From positions 68,944,001 through 69,008,000 of the forward strand of contig OX597832.1 in the NCBI GenBank assembly GCA_951406725.2: 64,000 nt of DNA, written 5' to 3'. The notes under the pieces are model-generated. The model was not told the DNA's origin. It saw only the letters and a list, made by a program, of their open reading frames with translations, and searched no databases. The position numbers and the translations under genes were made by a program. Positions 26,391-39,995 of the stretch are shown piece after piece. Source of the DNA: Octopus vulgaris (lineage: Eukaryota). How positions within the stretch are numbered: the first letter of the stretch is position 1; every line of letters starts with the position of its first letter.

Positions 26391-28504
26391 ACTTCTTTCA
26401 GTTTCCATCATTTCAATCTACTCACAAGGCTTTGGTCAGCCTAGAGCTATAGTAGAGGACACTTGCAGAGAATGCCCTATGGTGGGACTAACCCCATGAC
26501 CACATTGTTGCTCCCAAACCACCACAGCCATACCTTCACTTGCACAGTCACTAATAAATTTATAATTTCGGATATTACAATTGGACAAGATACCTTGTGG
26601 TAATCGTTCTGGCTCTTTTCTTTCTGAATTCGAATCCCATCATGTCCCACTTTGTCGCAGCACATGACTACCTGACCTTTAGGTACCTAAAGTGGGGGAG
26701 TCTATTATGTGATAAGCACCTGTGTTAAGTCTCCAGCTTGAGAATTCTTTCCCCTCATCAGTCTTGGAGGTTCCTGTAAATAGTAAAGGGCAATGAAGTT
26801 CTTCCTTACTCAGTCCCATCACCCCATATGAAACACAGGCTACCAGCGACTTTTCTCTCCCATTAATTATCTCTGGACTCCCATTTCTGCTTCTCTGTGA
26901 TTGGTTCTTTGATGTTTCCTTGCAGCTTCTTTACAGATTTTGCTGCACCAGTGGCATAGTTAGAATTAGTGCCACCCAGCGTTGACCTTCAGTTTTCTGT
27001 TCCTCCCAGGCCCCACTAGCCTACACAGGTTTATACAGCACACTCAAATGTACCACCCCAAAAAAGTGTGACTTGGGGTAAACCATACCCATCAGTACCC
27101 TTGTGTAGTATGGCAGTCATATGATTCCCTGAAGGAAAGCCTTCTTCTTTTTCAGGTGTTGTTGGTTTAAAATTGTCACCAATGCTTCTGTAACTGTTCT
27201 TTATTCTAGACAGGAGCACTGGCCTAACACAAGCTCATTTCTATTTCTGCAAAGAGGTGGTCTCTATTGCTCTGTTCTCTTTTCCTTAACTTGTGTTTAG
27301 CATGTGATGCACTACCAGCAGCTTTTACTCTGCTACCAGAGATCTCAGAGTTAGTGAGGCATATGAACTGCCACATCACAACAAACATTGGACATGGTGA
27401 TGGCATTCTTATTTATTCAGCTGTAAAACAGTGCCTTGGTAATGATTGACATTTTCTGTAATTCAGAGGCCAGTTGATGTCTCACAATGCAAAGTGTAAC
27501 TGGGTCCATTTAAGGATTATGTTAAAGGATAAAGCCTTGCCAGTCAAACAATCACCCATTTCTGTGTCTTTACAATAAGCAGATCAAACAACTAGAACCT
27601 GCATTTGTCATATTTCAAACTACATACCATCCATTTATTCACATGTGCTATGAATTATCTGTCCATCTTTCACCAATTTGGTTATTTATTCTGGAATCCC
27701 AGTGCAATTGTTTTACAATATATCAAACCTGCACAAAACTATATCAAAAATATCTTTAAAATTGTGAAAAAGAAATAATCAAAAATAGAGGGAAATATAT
27801 CTTTCGAAAGAATTCATACAAAATATTCCTTATATCAGTGCAATTTGTGATTCAAACACGAATTTTACACAATCAGGATGAGAAATTGATGTCGTTTTGA
27901 TTCACTACCATCTAACTTTTAACAGGAAATGATTCCTACTAATAGCTCTACTAGCTGGCAGGAAATATAATGTAGAGTGTAATTTTAGGATAACGCCGAA
28001 TTTACAACTCTCACTTATCAGTGAAAATTCTAAAGAATAAGTAACAGAAATACATCAAATATTTAAATTGCTGCAAAAATGATTATTGGCAAAAGAACTT
28101 TTACATTGACAGTGTTGAAATAATGATGTAAAATTAGAAATTATTGTTAGAATTCTTTTCTAAAGAAATTTCAACATTGTCTCCACACAAATAACAGAAT
28201 CCAATATATATATATATATTTATGTACATACACAAATACACAAACATACATACACACAAGTGAATGTATGCGTACATACATACATAACCATACACAAATA
28301 TACATCTATACATGCACATAGATACACACATAGATGCGTCTGATTTATATTTTGCCCACACACGTGCATACACATAAGCTTATATAGTTAACGTACAAAA
28401 TACGAAATATTTGGGGAGTATAGTCTTCACCCCAGCCCCAACTTAATATTTCCACTTATTGAATCATCTTAAAGAAGCAAGTTGTCAGCAGCTGTGAAAT
28501 GGTA

Positions 28505-29005
28505 AGAGATTGACAGAGGAACTCAACAAAGTTTTCTGTTATTGAGAGACATTCTCATAATCATTCGAAAAGATAACTGAAAATCAGTAAAAATACTTTT
28601 ATATATAATAATGCCAATCCAGAAACCTGTGTATGTATTCTCAAATTCCCACAAATGTATGCTGAAAGATTGTCTTAGCCCATTTGTCTTTTTGATTTCT
28701 TTTACTCATTTCCTTGTGTAAGTCATTGTACTGTGGTCATACTGTGTCTGACTTAGTTCTTAGGGAATTGATTTAAGTTTTTCAGTGAAAGAACAGCAGA
28801 GGAAATGGTTATGGAGAGATTGACAGAGGAACTCAACAAAGACTTATGCATCTGTTATTGAGAGACATTCTCATAATCATTCGAAAAGATAAGAAAATCA
28901 GTAAAAATACACACATATATATAATAATGCCAATCCAGAAACCTGTGTATGTGAGTCCAAATTCTCAAATGTATGCTGAAAGATTGTCTTAGCCCATTTG
29001 TCTTT
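28505..29005. repeat. Direct duplication of about 190 bp with about 120 bp spacer
   Basis: AGAGATTGACAGAGGAACTCAACAAAG...GCTGAAAGATTGTCTTAGCCCATTTGTCTTT occurs at about 28505-28691 and 28816-29005. Confidence 0.9.
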
Positions 29006-29157
29006 GGGCAGTTGATTTCTGTGGTTATCATCAGTGTATTTTGATAATTTAAATAAGCGTTTTGACTGTTATTTCCAGCATGTAGAAATACTTAGTATGT
29101 CATTTGATTAATCATATATATATATATCAAAATAAGCAAGAAGAATATCCAGTGGTA

Positions 29158-29246
29158 ATGCAGTACGAACGTTTCATGTGTCTCCATTTAATTGAATAAT
29201 GCAAATATTACATCAATTTAAAATGTAGAGCAATCTTCGGCTGCAT
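29158..29246 (-). ncRNA. Type I hammerhead motif, CCGAAGA core variant
   Basis: Minus strand: ATGCAG-CCGAAGA-[long stem II]-GAAAC-GTTC-GTA-CTGCAT, with a 6 bp stem I. Confidence 0.55.
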
Positions 29247-29274
29247 AAAAATATAGAATTTAGTAAAATTCCAT

Positions 29275-29363
29275 ATGCAGCTGAAGATTGCTCTACATTT
29301 TAAATTGATGTAATATTTGTATTGTTCAATTAAATGGAGTCGCATGAAACAATTGTACTGCAT
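29275..29363 (+). ncRNA. Type I hammerhead motif
   Basis: ATGCAG-CTGAAGA(29281-87)-[about 58 nt stem II hairpin]-GAAAC(29346-50)-AATT-GTA^CTGCAT. Palindromic loop III; predicted cleavage after 29357. The stem II closing pair is non-canonical. Confidence 0.7.
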
Positions 29364-29483
29364 TACCTCTGGATATCCTTGTTGCTTATTTTGATTATAA
29401 TCACCACATTTTGAATTGTATGGATAATACCATACTAAATTCTGGTGCCTTTAACTTAAGTACCATATTCAACTGAATATATA

Positions 29484-29580
<97 letters not shown>

Positions 29581-30048
29581 GTGTGTATGTATATATGTAT
29601 GTATGTATGTCATCATCATCATCATTGTCTTAACATTCATCTTCTAATGCAGAACGGTTGACAGGAGCTGGTCAGGTAGAAAAACTACTCTAGGTTACTG
29701 TGTCTGTTTTGGTAAGGATTTTAAAGCTGGATGCCCTTCCTAACACCAACCACTCTGTAGAGTGGACTCAGTGCTTTTTACATGGCACTAGCACAGGTGA
29801 GGTTAGTTTTGTCATGATATTTACTGCTGAATACCCTTCGAGACGCCAACCAGATGCTTTTAATGTGGCACTAGCACTGACAGGGTAACCAATTAATTTG
29901 CAATATATTTATATTCATACACACACATACACACATATATATTGATATATATATTTACTTTTATGAATATATATATGTGTTTTTGTGTGTGTATATATAT
30001 GTATATATATGCGTATGTATTCTTTTTATATATATATATATATATATA

Positions 30049-30337
30049 CAATGGTGGACTGGCAAGGTTGCCAGCTTGCCCACTGACAAGTGGGCTCCTT
30101 CACCATTAGAATCCATATATGGGGTCCATGTTAGTATCTAAAGGGCCCATCCCCTCAAGTTTGAGAATTTTTTATTCACTCCTGGAAGAATGCATTATTT
30201 CAACCTGGCTATGTTTGTAGACAGTTGAAAAGAATACTTTTAACAACAAATAAAAAAATTAAATTAAAGCATTGTAGTTGCAGGTGGTCCCCCTTAGTCT
30301 CCTGGCAACCAATATTTTTAGATCCAATCCAACACTG
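30049..30337. mobile_element. Putative hAT-type MITE in (TA)n
   Basis: Imperfect 14 bp TIRs CAATGGTGGACTGG and CCAATCCAACACTG, with TATATATA on both sides. Confidence 0.5.
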
Positions 30338-31363
30338 TATATATATATATATTTTCCAGACCTCTCATACGCACAATCTCTCTACACACACACACACACC
30401 CTTATGTTGGAGCTGGTCACTCAACATTTCACTCTCGTCTCATGTTTGATCTTGACTTCTGGCCGAAATCAGATCGCCATGTTGGTTCGTTAGTTACTGC
30501 ACGCATTTTTTCTCTCCTTCTTTCTGTGTTTTTCTCTATATCGAAATATATATATTTCCTATATATATACAATTGTTTGTTTGTTTTACCTGCCTTCGTC
30601 TTTTGTCTATTTTATAGCTTCCGTATATATATATATATATGTGTGTGTGTGTATGTATGTATGTATGTATGTATGTATGTATATTTGTATATATATATAT
30701 GTATGTATGTATATATTCAGACATATATACATACTACTTTACATGGAAACAAATGACGTTTGGCAACAGGTAGGGCATCTGGTTGTAGAAAACAAAATTT
30801 TGTCAGACCCATACAAGCAGAGAAAAGTGGGCACTAAATGGTGTACATACATCATGTACATACAAATACACCCCTCATACCCACACACACTGATACACAG
30901 ACACAAGCACACACATATATGACATACACATACACATACATATGTCCAAATAATGTATGTGTGAGTAATTTATAAATTTTGTTTTTCAATTTCCTCTAAA
31001 AGTTAGGTTATGTTGTGTGATGAGGTCATGGTTGGAGCAGAGGTGTTGAGAGAAAAGAAGGAAATTTGGTAAATTAGATTTTAGGAGAAATATTTACTGA
31101 ATTAATGAGTGTCTGGTGGGACGCCAGTGGAAGTGGAATGTTATTTTGATTGATGGTTCTTTTAAACCAATAACAACAACAACAACAACAACAACAACAG
31201 TACCAACATTGTGCACAAGTGCTGGTGTTCTTCATGCTATTTTCAAAAATGTTCATTTTAATATCAATATTGGTATGCATTAAGCAGCAAACATTGTTTT
31301 TAAATATGTTTTGATAGATTAACAGATTCAAAAGATGCCGGCTTCCACTAATGTTGCTGCTGC

Positions 31364-31395
<32 letters not shown>

Positions 31396-33647
31396 TTTAT
31401 TTTTATTATTATTATTATTCCACCTCCTCTAAAAAATAAATTTTCATTGAAATCTTCCTATGATAGATTTATGTTTGAAGAAAACAAATATTAACCTCAA
31501 ACTATATCGATGTTTCGGTTAGTGTTGTTGTTTTTGCTGCTGGAATTGCTTTTGTCATTGCTACCATTCTTTAGCACCATCTCAACTCAGACTAAAATGA
31601 TCACGTGTTCAGTTTCAAAAGAAACTCCAGCCATGACCATCCTGTCATTTTTTGCTCTCCACAAAGATTTGTGTAATGAACTGTAAAGGATTGGGTTATT
31701 AATTTTAGCAGGTCAATCATCTGCATAAAATTTCATTTGTTGTTGCTGATGTTTAATCCTTGTCATTCTACATTAAAGTGGACTTAAAAGCCTAGGCATT
31801 CCATCCATGGCTATCCTGTATGACTACATAATCCTAATTGACCTTCTATATTTGTTTTCTTTAGACAATAAAGCAATCATCTTCAAATGGTGCATTGTGG
31901 AACACTTATGCATCACAATGTTTATTTGTGTCTGCCAAACCTTTTTAACATACAGAAATTTGCAGGCATTCCATACTAATGGCTGAGCATCTTGGAAAAC
32001 ATTTAATTTGGTTTTCCTCTCTGAAGATGTATCTAGGTATATCTTGTGATGAAGCTGGACGCATCAGTCATGAGATCTGGAGTTTTGAGTCAATTGGACA
32101 CCCTTGCTCAAGCATAAGAGAATTGAAAAATATTATGCATTATCAACGATATTTTCTGGAGTCGTTTGGTGTTTTAAGTCATTCAACAACCAAACACTGT
32201 AGAATCAACAAAACAGAAGAAGCAATACGTTTTAAAATTTATTAATAATATGATTGATAATAGAGCTTAAGAAATAGTTTCCAAAACTTGATTTTTAAAA
32301 ATATGATTAATCATTTATCTTTTTTTATATTATTGAAAATTATTCAATTTAAAATATGTTTTAAAAAAATGGTAAGCAGTAATTTAGAAAAGATAGAATA
32401 ATCTTTCTAAATTTTTCTACTTTTCCTGCAGTGTGTTCATAACGTTTTGTTTTATCATATACTTCATCAATATTCATCACCACAAAAACCAGCATCTGCC
32501 ATGTCATCATCCTCATTTAACATCCATCTTCTATGATGCCATAAATAGGACAGGTCAACAGGATCAGATAAATTACAGGATTGTGTTATGTTCCAGTGAC
32601 TAGGTTGGCAAGGTTTCAATGAGTAGATGTTCTTCAGAACACCAACTATTTTACAATGTTACAGGGTGGTTTTCTTTTTCTTGTGATACCATCAGTAGAG
32701 AAGGTTGCCTCATAACTTGCAATTTTAAGAGCCTAAAGTGGTCTGTATACTTAAGGGAGACCATAAGAGAATGAGTGATGGCTCTAGGCAGAATGATAAT
32801 CAAACAACTTCTCTCTAAGCTCTAAGTGCACCAGCTATATAAGCAAATCCTAAGTAAAAGATGCATAGCTGCACATGTAAATGCCTTTGAAAGTCAATAA
32901 TGACACATTGGTAAAGGCTATTTTATGATATATTAGTATTAAGGCTTTACTGAAAATATTATATACACACATGTGTGTCTCTATATACATATATATGTAT
33001 GTATATGTATGTGTGTGTGTGTGTATATATATATATATACATATATACATATGTGGGTACAAGACGTCACCAACAGTAAACAACATGAAATACGAAAACA
33101 AATGAGTTCAATACACAAAAAACAAGAGAAATAAATAGAAAACAGGACAAGTAACATAAAGAACGACTTTTCATCCATTGTTGGCTGTCTATCTACTTCT
33201 CATTTCGAGCATCGAATGACAATATGAGTTTTCGAAGACAGTTGCTCCTGTAAATACCAATATAAAATTTGAGATTTATGGAGGGTCAAAGTTGGGAACA
33301 AAAAAAGGACAGTGGAGACATACAAGGAAACCAAACGAAAACAAACATGGAGGGTCGTTAGACCAGAACGAGGGTAAAATAGCGAATGCTGGAGAAATAT
33401 TTTCTTTGAAAGGAGGAAAGATAGAAGAGAGAGCTTTAACATCCACTTTTCCATGTTTTCAAATGCTTGATGAAGTTCATTGAGGCAGATTTTCTATGCC
33501 TGAATAACCTTCTTGTTATCAACCCTCACCTGTTTGAAATCAAGATAATATTTCCCCATGCCAAGATATGATTCTGCAGAATATTAGAAATGAACAACAT
33601 AGCTTGTTTGACAGTGGAACTTATTTACAACTATCATGCAATTCTGG

Positions 33648-33968
33648 CACTGCCATCAGTTATGGCAACAAAGGTTCCAGTTGATCTGATCAACCAAACA
33701 GATTGCTCATAAAATTAACGTGCAAGTGACTGAGTACTCCACAGACATGCATACCCTAAATGTAGTTCTGAGTGAGATTCAGCATGACATAGAATGTGAC
33801 ATGGCTGGCCCTTTGGAATACAAATACAACTCATTTTTGCCAGCTGAGAGGACTGGAGCAACATGAAATAAAGAGTCTTTGCTCAAGGACATGCTGTGCT
33901 GCAGGAAATTGAACTCATGACCTTACAATCGTGATCTAAATATGCTAACCGCTAAGCCACATGCCTTC
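33648..33968 (-). mobile_element. tRNA-headed CORE-like SINE nested in an older repeat
   Basis: Minus strand: GAAGGCATGTGGCTTAGCGGTTAG (A box)...GAGTTCAATTTCC (B box)...TCCTTGAGCAAAGACTCTTTATTTCA...GCTCCAGTCC.CTCAGCTGGCAAAAATGAGT. A shorter plus copy is at 47187-47332. Confidence 0.75.
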
Positions 33969-36496
33969 TTCATCATGCAATATCAAGATGAGGAGACACA
34001 AAAATACACACTCACAGAGACACATGTGCATGTGCGCACACACTCATGAGGGGCTTCTTTTAGTTTCCATTTACCAAGTCTATTGACAAAGCTTTGGTCA
34101 GTTGGCGGGGGATGTAGAAGACAACTGACCAAGGTGACACTTGCCATGCAGTGGTACTGAACCTAACTCCACACCTATGGCTATATTACAGAACCAAATT
34201 CTTAACCACTTTACCATTCCTACATCCATTTCACTCAAACACATTTCCATGCACACACAGACATACATGCTTTAAAATACATACATATATAGAAAGTCAT
34301 CAATATATATATATATATATATATATATATCATATATTTTTTTGCCTGTAATGTTGATATGTCTAAGAATATATATAATAATATATCTATCCAGTATTAT
34401 TCTCGGTCTGCTTTGAATTCCTACTGAGTCCCAGACACTTTGGCACTCACTTGATCATGGCTGAAGGACATATTAAGCTGCCTAAATGATGAATTTCATT
34501 TTACAGCATCTCATGAATAAGTACTTCAGACAAATCTCCAAGAAAATGTCAGGCCGCAGTGGGATATACTTTCTTTAGCACTGGATGAAAAAAATAAAAA
34601 TTATATAAAAAAAGAGGAAAAAACAGGGGAAAAAATATTCCAATTCTACATGCCAGTGTAGCAATACCACCCGTTATGTGTGTGTGTGTGCGTGCGCGTA
34701 CATGCATGCTTATATACTTACATATACATATGCATGCGAATTCATAAATGTGTATGTGTGTACAAATATATGTGCATGTGTATTTACATTGTTTCTACTT
34801 GTCTTGCAGGAACTGAGAAAAAATTGGAAGTATTTGTGATTGTTGAGTCAATAACCTGAATGACTCTAACAAAAGAAGACAAAAGAATCGGAATGCTTGA
34901 AACGCAATCTAACCCGTTAATATTGTCCATATCAGTCAAGTTATACAAGAGTACACCCTCTTTATCTCAGACTTAATACTCCCATGTCTTTCATTTTAGG
35001 AGTTCCAGTGTGTAGGAAAGGAGAAGAGATTTCAGCTGACTCAGTGTCATATGATAGAGAGAAGGTTCAACATTCAGGAGACATGAGAGTCCAGTCAATA
35101 TAATCTACACTATTCTTGTGTGCAACTAATTTCACAGAGTGAGAGGGAGGGGTGGAATGCAAAAGACCCCTTTCTGAGATGTTGTCTATCTTATTGAAAA
35201 TATAAAGAGACCTTGGGAAACATCATATCTAGCATAGGGACTAAGCAAAATTTTAGGGTGCTGGGTACAGCAGTCATTTTGATCAAATCTCAGTGTTTTG
35301 CTCCTACATTTTCTTATCAACTACACAAAAGATATAAACCACAGAGTCAACATCAGTGGGGATTGAACTCTGAATGTGAAGGCATGTAATCAAGATTTAA
35401 TCTCTTCTACCACTCAACCAATTTTACCATACCTCATCATCATTTCAACATTCAATTTTCCGTGTTTGTACGGATCAGGCAGAATTCGTTAAGGTCAATT
35501 ATCAACAACCAGATGCCCATCCTGACACCAACCCTCACCTGTAATATTTTTCCATAGCAAGACATTTTCTTGAAACCATGGGAATGAACAGCACCTCTTA
35601 TACGATGGTGACAACTGTCTGCAAATATTATATGATCTCAATACCAGGAGACACTAACACAACAAACGCCATCATCATCATCATATAACATGTTTTTCAT
35701 GCTGGTAGGGGTTGGATGGTTTGGCAGGGGCACACACACACACTCTCACACTCTCACACATACAACGAGCTTCTTCCTGTTTCCATATCAAAATCCAATC
35801 ATAAGGCTTTGGTTGACTTTGGTTGAGAGTAGAAAACTCCCGACCAAGATGCAATGAGGTGGAACTGAATCTGCAACCATGTGGTTATGGAGTAAACTTC
35901 TTAACCACACAGCCATGACTGCACATGTAACAGCAAAAAAAAAACTGATCATGGTGACACACAAACCTTTCCAAAAATTCCATTATATAAACGAGGAGAA
36001 GAGGAATAACGTTTGATGGTATTTGTAAATAGCTGATAGCTGATAGTATGAGGTTACAGTTATGCATCAGGGTTAGAGAAGCTGTATGTTATGAAAGAAT
36101 AAAAAGCACGAAGTCTTTCTCTGGCAGACTGACACCTTATTGACACAGGCAGCAATAAATCAAGTTTATATCATCTAATATCCTGACCTCACATTGATTT
36201 TCTTTTGCCCATGAACCAACTGGCTTGTTTTTCGTTTTTGTTTTCTTGATTAAACATAAGCTTTAGCAGGTGTTTACATGTTGTTTAAAGAAACGTTATT
36301 TACCTTCTACGGCCTCTGTGTATATACACTCTGTAACATTCTGATAACTGGAGGTCATTTACAGCTTCTAAATTTTCCCGCCACCCCATTTTAATTTAAA
36401 GTGTGTTTCTTTTCACTGTTTTTGCTTTGCTTTTAATTTCCATCCCCCTGTTTATCTGGAATGGAATATTCCTGATAGTTGAACACATTTAGTGTT

Positions 36497-36544
<48 letters not shown>

Positions 36545-37549
36545 TATATGTATGTATGAGTGGATAATATATGATATATATATTATTATTTATGATTTAA
36601 TAATATAATATATAAAATACGCATCATATATATTACATATTACAGTTTGCGTTTGTGTATGTATAGGCATATTATAGATATATGAGTGTTTATGCATGTG
36701 TGTGTGTGTATGCCTACATATACATATGTATACAGAGAGATATAACACTTTGAAAACAAAATTATAATAAATGAATAAACAAATATACTAGACATAAAAA
36801 AAAAAATGTAAATTCCTGAGATTTGGTTTGTGACATGTTTAGTTTCATTTTCAATTAGACAACCACCACCACTATCACTATCCCAAGACATCGTCACCTT
36901 CTTCACCACCACTATCATCACCCCACTACATCACCAAACACCACCAATCACCATGACACTACTACTATCACCATCATCATCATCCCCACACCCAACACCA
37001 CCATTGTCCAAATGCCTCCACCATGCCATCATCACTATACCATAGTCCCCCACCTTACCACAACACACCACCACTGATAGCATTTCTTTGAAAAAAGATG
37101 TGAAGATGAAGATAAAAAGGAGAAAAAATGCTTTCTTTCTAACCACTACCAGCACCACCACCATTGGCCCCCCCCCCCCCGCCAGCAACAATTATTTTGA
37201 TAACTGAAGTACCATATGAAAACAAAAACAAAAAACATCCAAAACAAAACAAATCAAAACATGAAAAGAAGAATAAAAATGATTGGTGGATGAAGCATGA
37301 TAACGAGCAATAAAACACTGTATGAGAATTATTGTTAATATATTCATCTTTTTTATTTATTTACTTATTTGGTCCTTCCGATATGTTTTTTCTGCCTCTT
37401 TAGAATTCCTTTTCTGACTTGTTTCCATGAATTGCATTAGACAGTTTTAATTTCTTTTTTTTTTTCTTTCTCGTTTTTCTCTATAGGTGCACAATTTTTA
37501 CATCTCTGGATGAATCCGCAGAAAGACTTTTTAATTTTTTTAAAAATTA

Positions 37550-37772
37550 TTGTTATCATCATCATCATTATTATTATCATTATCATTATTATTACTACCA
37601 CTACTACTACAATTATTATCAACATTATTGTTACTATCTATTATTATTATTGTTGTTGTTGTTGTTGTTACTACTACTACTAACATTGCTATTTATTATC
37701 ATCATCACTTATGATTTTTATCATTATTATAATTAATCATTGCTATTATCATTGCTGCTGCTGCTGCTGCTG

Positions 37773-37815
<43 letters not shown>

Positions 37816-37902
37816 AACTACTACTACTACTACTACTACTACTACTGCTGCTACTGCTGCCGCTACTGCTGCTGCTGTTTCTGCTGCCACTGCCACTATT
37901 AT
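37550..37902. repeat. Compound trinucleotide microsatellite (ATC/ATT/GTT/CTG/CTA)
   Basis: Directly visible. Confidence 0.9.
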
Positions 37903-39043
37903 TGATGCCTTTCTATTTCTTCCTCTCTCTCCCTCCCAATATCAGAAACAACATCTAAGAAAGATTTTTAAATGCCTGGATATTTCTTACAAAGATTGCA
38001 AAAAAAAGAAAAAAAAAATGAAGATTAAAAAGAATAAGAAGAAGAATAATCCAGAATGGAGTTTGCTTCATGCCAGGATCTCACAGGGGAAATCTTGATA
38101 TCAATATCTTTAAACAATATATGTGTTGTTGGCACATTTCTTTGGCAAAACATAACATAGGATTGCTAAAATGTTTCGCAATGTCACTAATTCACAGGAG
38201 AGAGAGAGTGAGAGAATTGTGGAAAGTGAGAGAATGAGATGTTTTGAAGGTTTTTTGTTTTTGTAATTTTTTCAATATTTTTTGGGCAGTTTGTTTTGAT
38301 ATACATTCGTTTTCTTCTTGAATTTCTACATGAAATGAAAATGAAATCATGGGTAAAATTATTTTGTATAGGCAATAACCTCAGCATATTTTTGATATCA
38401 TTAAAAAAGAGATAATATAAAAAACTTGATAGAAAAATTGAATTATTAGAAATAGAACAAGACAGAGAGAGAGAGAGAGCGAGGTAGAGAAAGTAAGACA
38501 TAGATAGAGAGGGAAAGTTAGTGAAAGGCAAGATAGGGAGTGCAACAGCTGTAAGGAGATACAGAGAGAAAGAGAGTGAAATGCAAAGAGGTAAAGAGAG
38601 AGAAAGAGAGACAGTGAGTGAGATACAAGGAGGTAAAGAGAGAGGGGGAAATAGAAAGAACAACACATCCCAAAACTGGAAATGTCTGTTGATATCTGTT
38701 TTCAGGTTAATGACAGACTGGTGCATCTCATTTATATAGGAATACTTTTTAATTTCTTAAATTTTTTCTTTACTTGCTGCAATCATTGCACTGTGGCCAT
38801 GCTGGAGCATTGCCTTGATAGGTTTTAGTCATCCATATCAATATTTTAGTTGATCACAGAACACCACTTTCAAAGGGTGCCAATGCAATGGCAGTTGTTG
38901 AGACAGTTATCTGAACACACACACACACACACACTACACACATCTCTATGTGTGTGTGTGTGTGTGTGTTATGTTGAGTCAAATGTTTTTTTTTTTTGGG
39001 ATGTTCCCAGATGATTTTTTTCATGACTTGTATCGTCATGATA

Positions 39044-39530
39044 ATGGATGGTGACAAAATTCCAATTAGAGCCATTTTATGTTACCTGTGGAAAGAAGTT
39101 CTGTGAACAAGGCCAACAGCAAAAGAAATTAATAACATGAAAAGCCTAGAAACTTTGGCACAGAACTGGTTCAGATGCTTCAAGGAATGTGAGACCAGCC
39201 TTGAAGTTTTGGACACCTTGTGATGTGGAAGATGAGGTGTTGTTTGAAATGGTTGAACAACAGCCTAGCACAAGCACTCATTCCCTGTCAGCAGAACTCG
39301 GTCCTTCACAAAGCACCAACAACTGACACCTCCATAAACTTAACCTTGTGAACAGTCGTTTTCAAAAAGCTTTTCAAGAACTTGCCAATGGCCAAGTTCA
39401 ACAATGTGAACTAGATTGAAAACAGGTGCAGTGAGTTTTTTTGTCTTTGATCCAGCCAAATGGTAGAAGTGTGGAATTGAGCTTTTGGCAAAATGATGGC
39501 AACAGACAACAGAATATTATGGGAGATATT
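39044..39530 (+). mobile_element. Internally deleted mariner transposase pseudogene
   Basis: MDGDKIPIRAILCYLW...AQNWFRCFKECETSLE...VEDEVLFEMVEQQPSTSTHSLSAELGPSQSTNN*HLHKLNLV (paired HTH region). Fused to C-terminal CGIELLAK*WQQTTEYYGRY; the catalytic core is missing. Confidence 0.8.
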
Positions 39531-39669
39531 GTTTGGATGAATGAATGCGTTTTGTATGTAATTTGCTTGAACTATTAATTAAAGCTAGATAATGCAAAAA
39601 GAACAGAAAAAAATTTAACTGAATCTGGTTTATGTGTATATGGAAATATATTTGTATATATATTTATAT

Positions 39670-39835
39670 ATATAGTTGAAATTTACAGAAAAGCAAAAGA
39701 CAAAGACAGGTGTGTAAACAACAAACTGGTTTACTAGTTTAATGCTCAGGAAGGTGAGAAAGTCTTTTATGTTTTGAGCCTTTGCTCTTCAACAGAAAGG
39801 AACATGAAGAAATATACAGAGAGAGAATAAAAAAC
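39670..39835 (-). mobile_element. PLE-like terminal repeat fragment with a decayed minimal hammerhead-like motif
   Basis: Minus 39798-39765: TTT-CTGTTGA-A-GAGC-AAAG-GCTC-AAAAC-ATA-AAA. A homologous plus copy is at 58760-58886 and a partial copy at 30490-30622. Confidence 0.5.
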
Positions 39836-39841
39836 TATTTA

Positions 39842-39995
39842 AGTGCAGGAATGGCTGTGTGGTAAGAAGCTTGCTTCCCAAGCACATGGTTCCGAGTTCA
39901 GTCCCACTGCATGGCATCTTGGGCAAGTGTTTTCCACTATGGCCTTGGGTCGACCAAAGCCTTGTGAGTGGATTTGGTAGACAGAAACTGAAACA
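39842..39995 (+). mobile_element. tRNA-derived SINE
   Basis: GTGCAGGAATGGCTGTGTGGTAAG (A box), GAGTTCAGTCCC (B box), CTTGGGCAAGTGT core, end GGTAGACAGAAACTGAAA. Sister copies at 44754-44905, 47761-47925 and 57240-57395. Confidence 0.8.

Larger units (their letters stand above)
29126..29395. mobile_element. Fold-back (palindromic) PLE-like miniature element with a hammerhead on each strand
   Basis: About 122 bp arms (29126-29247 and 29274-29395) with a 26 nt spacer, adjacent to (TA)n. See the two HHR features below. Confidence 0.8.

Noticed and set aside
26600-27500. Possible hAT transposase remnant and MITE (26950-27119)
   Set aside because: Similarity is too weak to support by eye.
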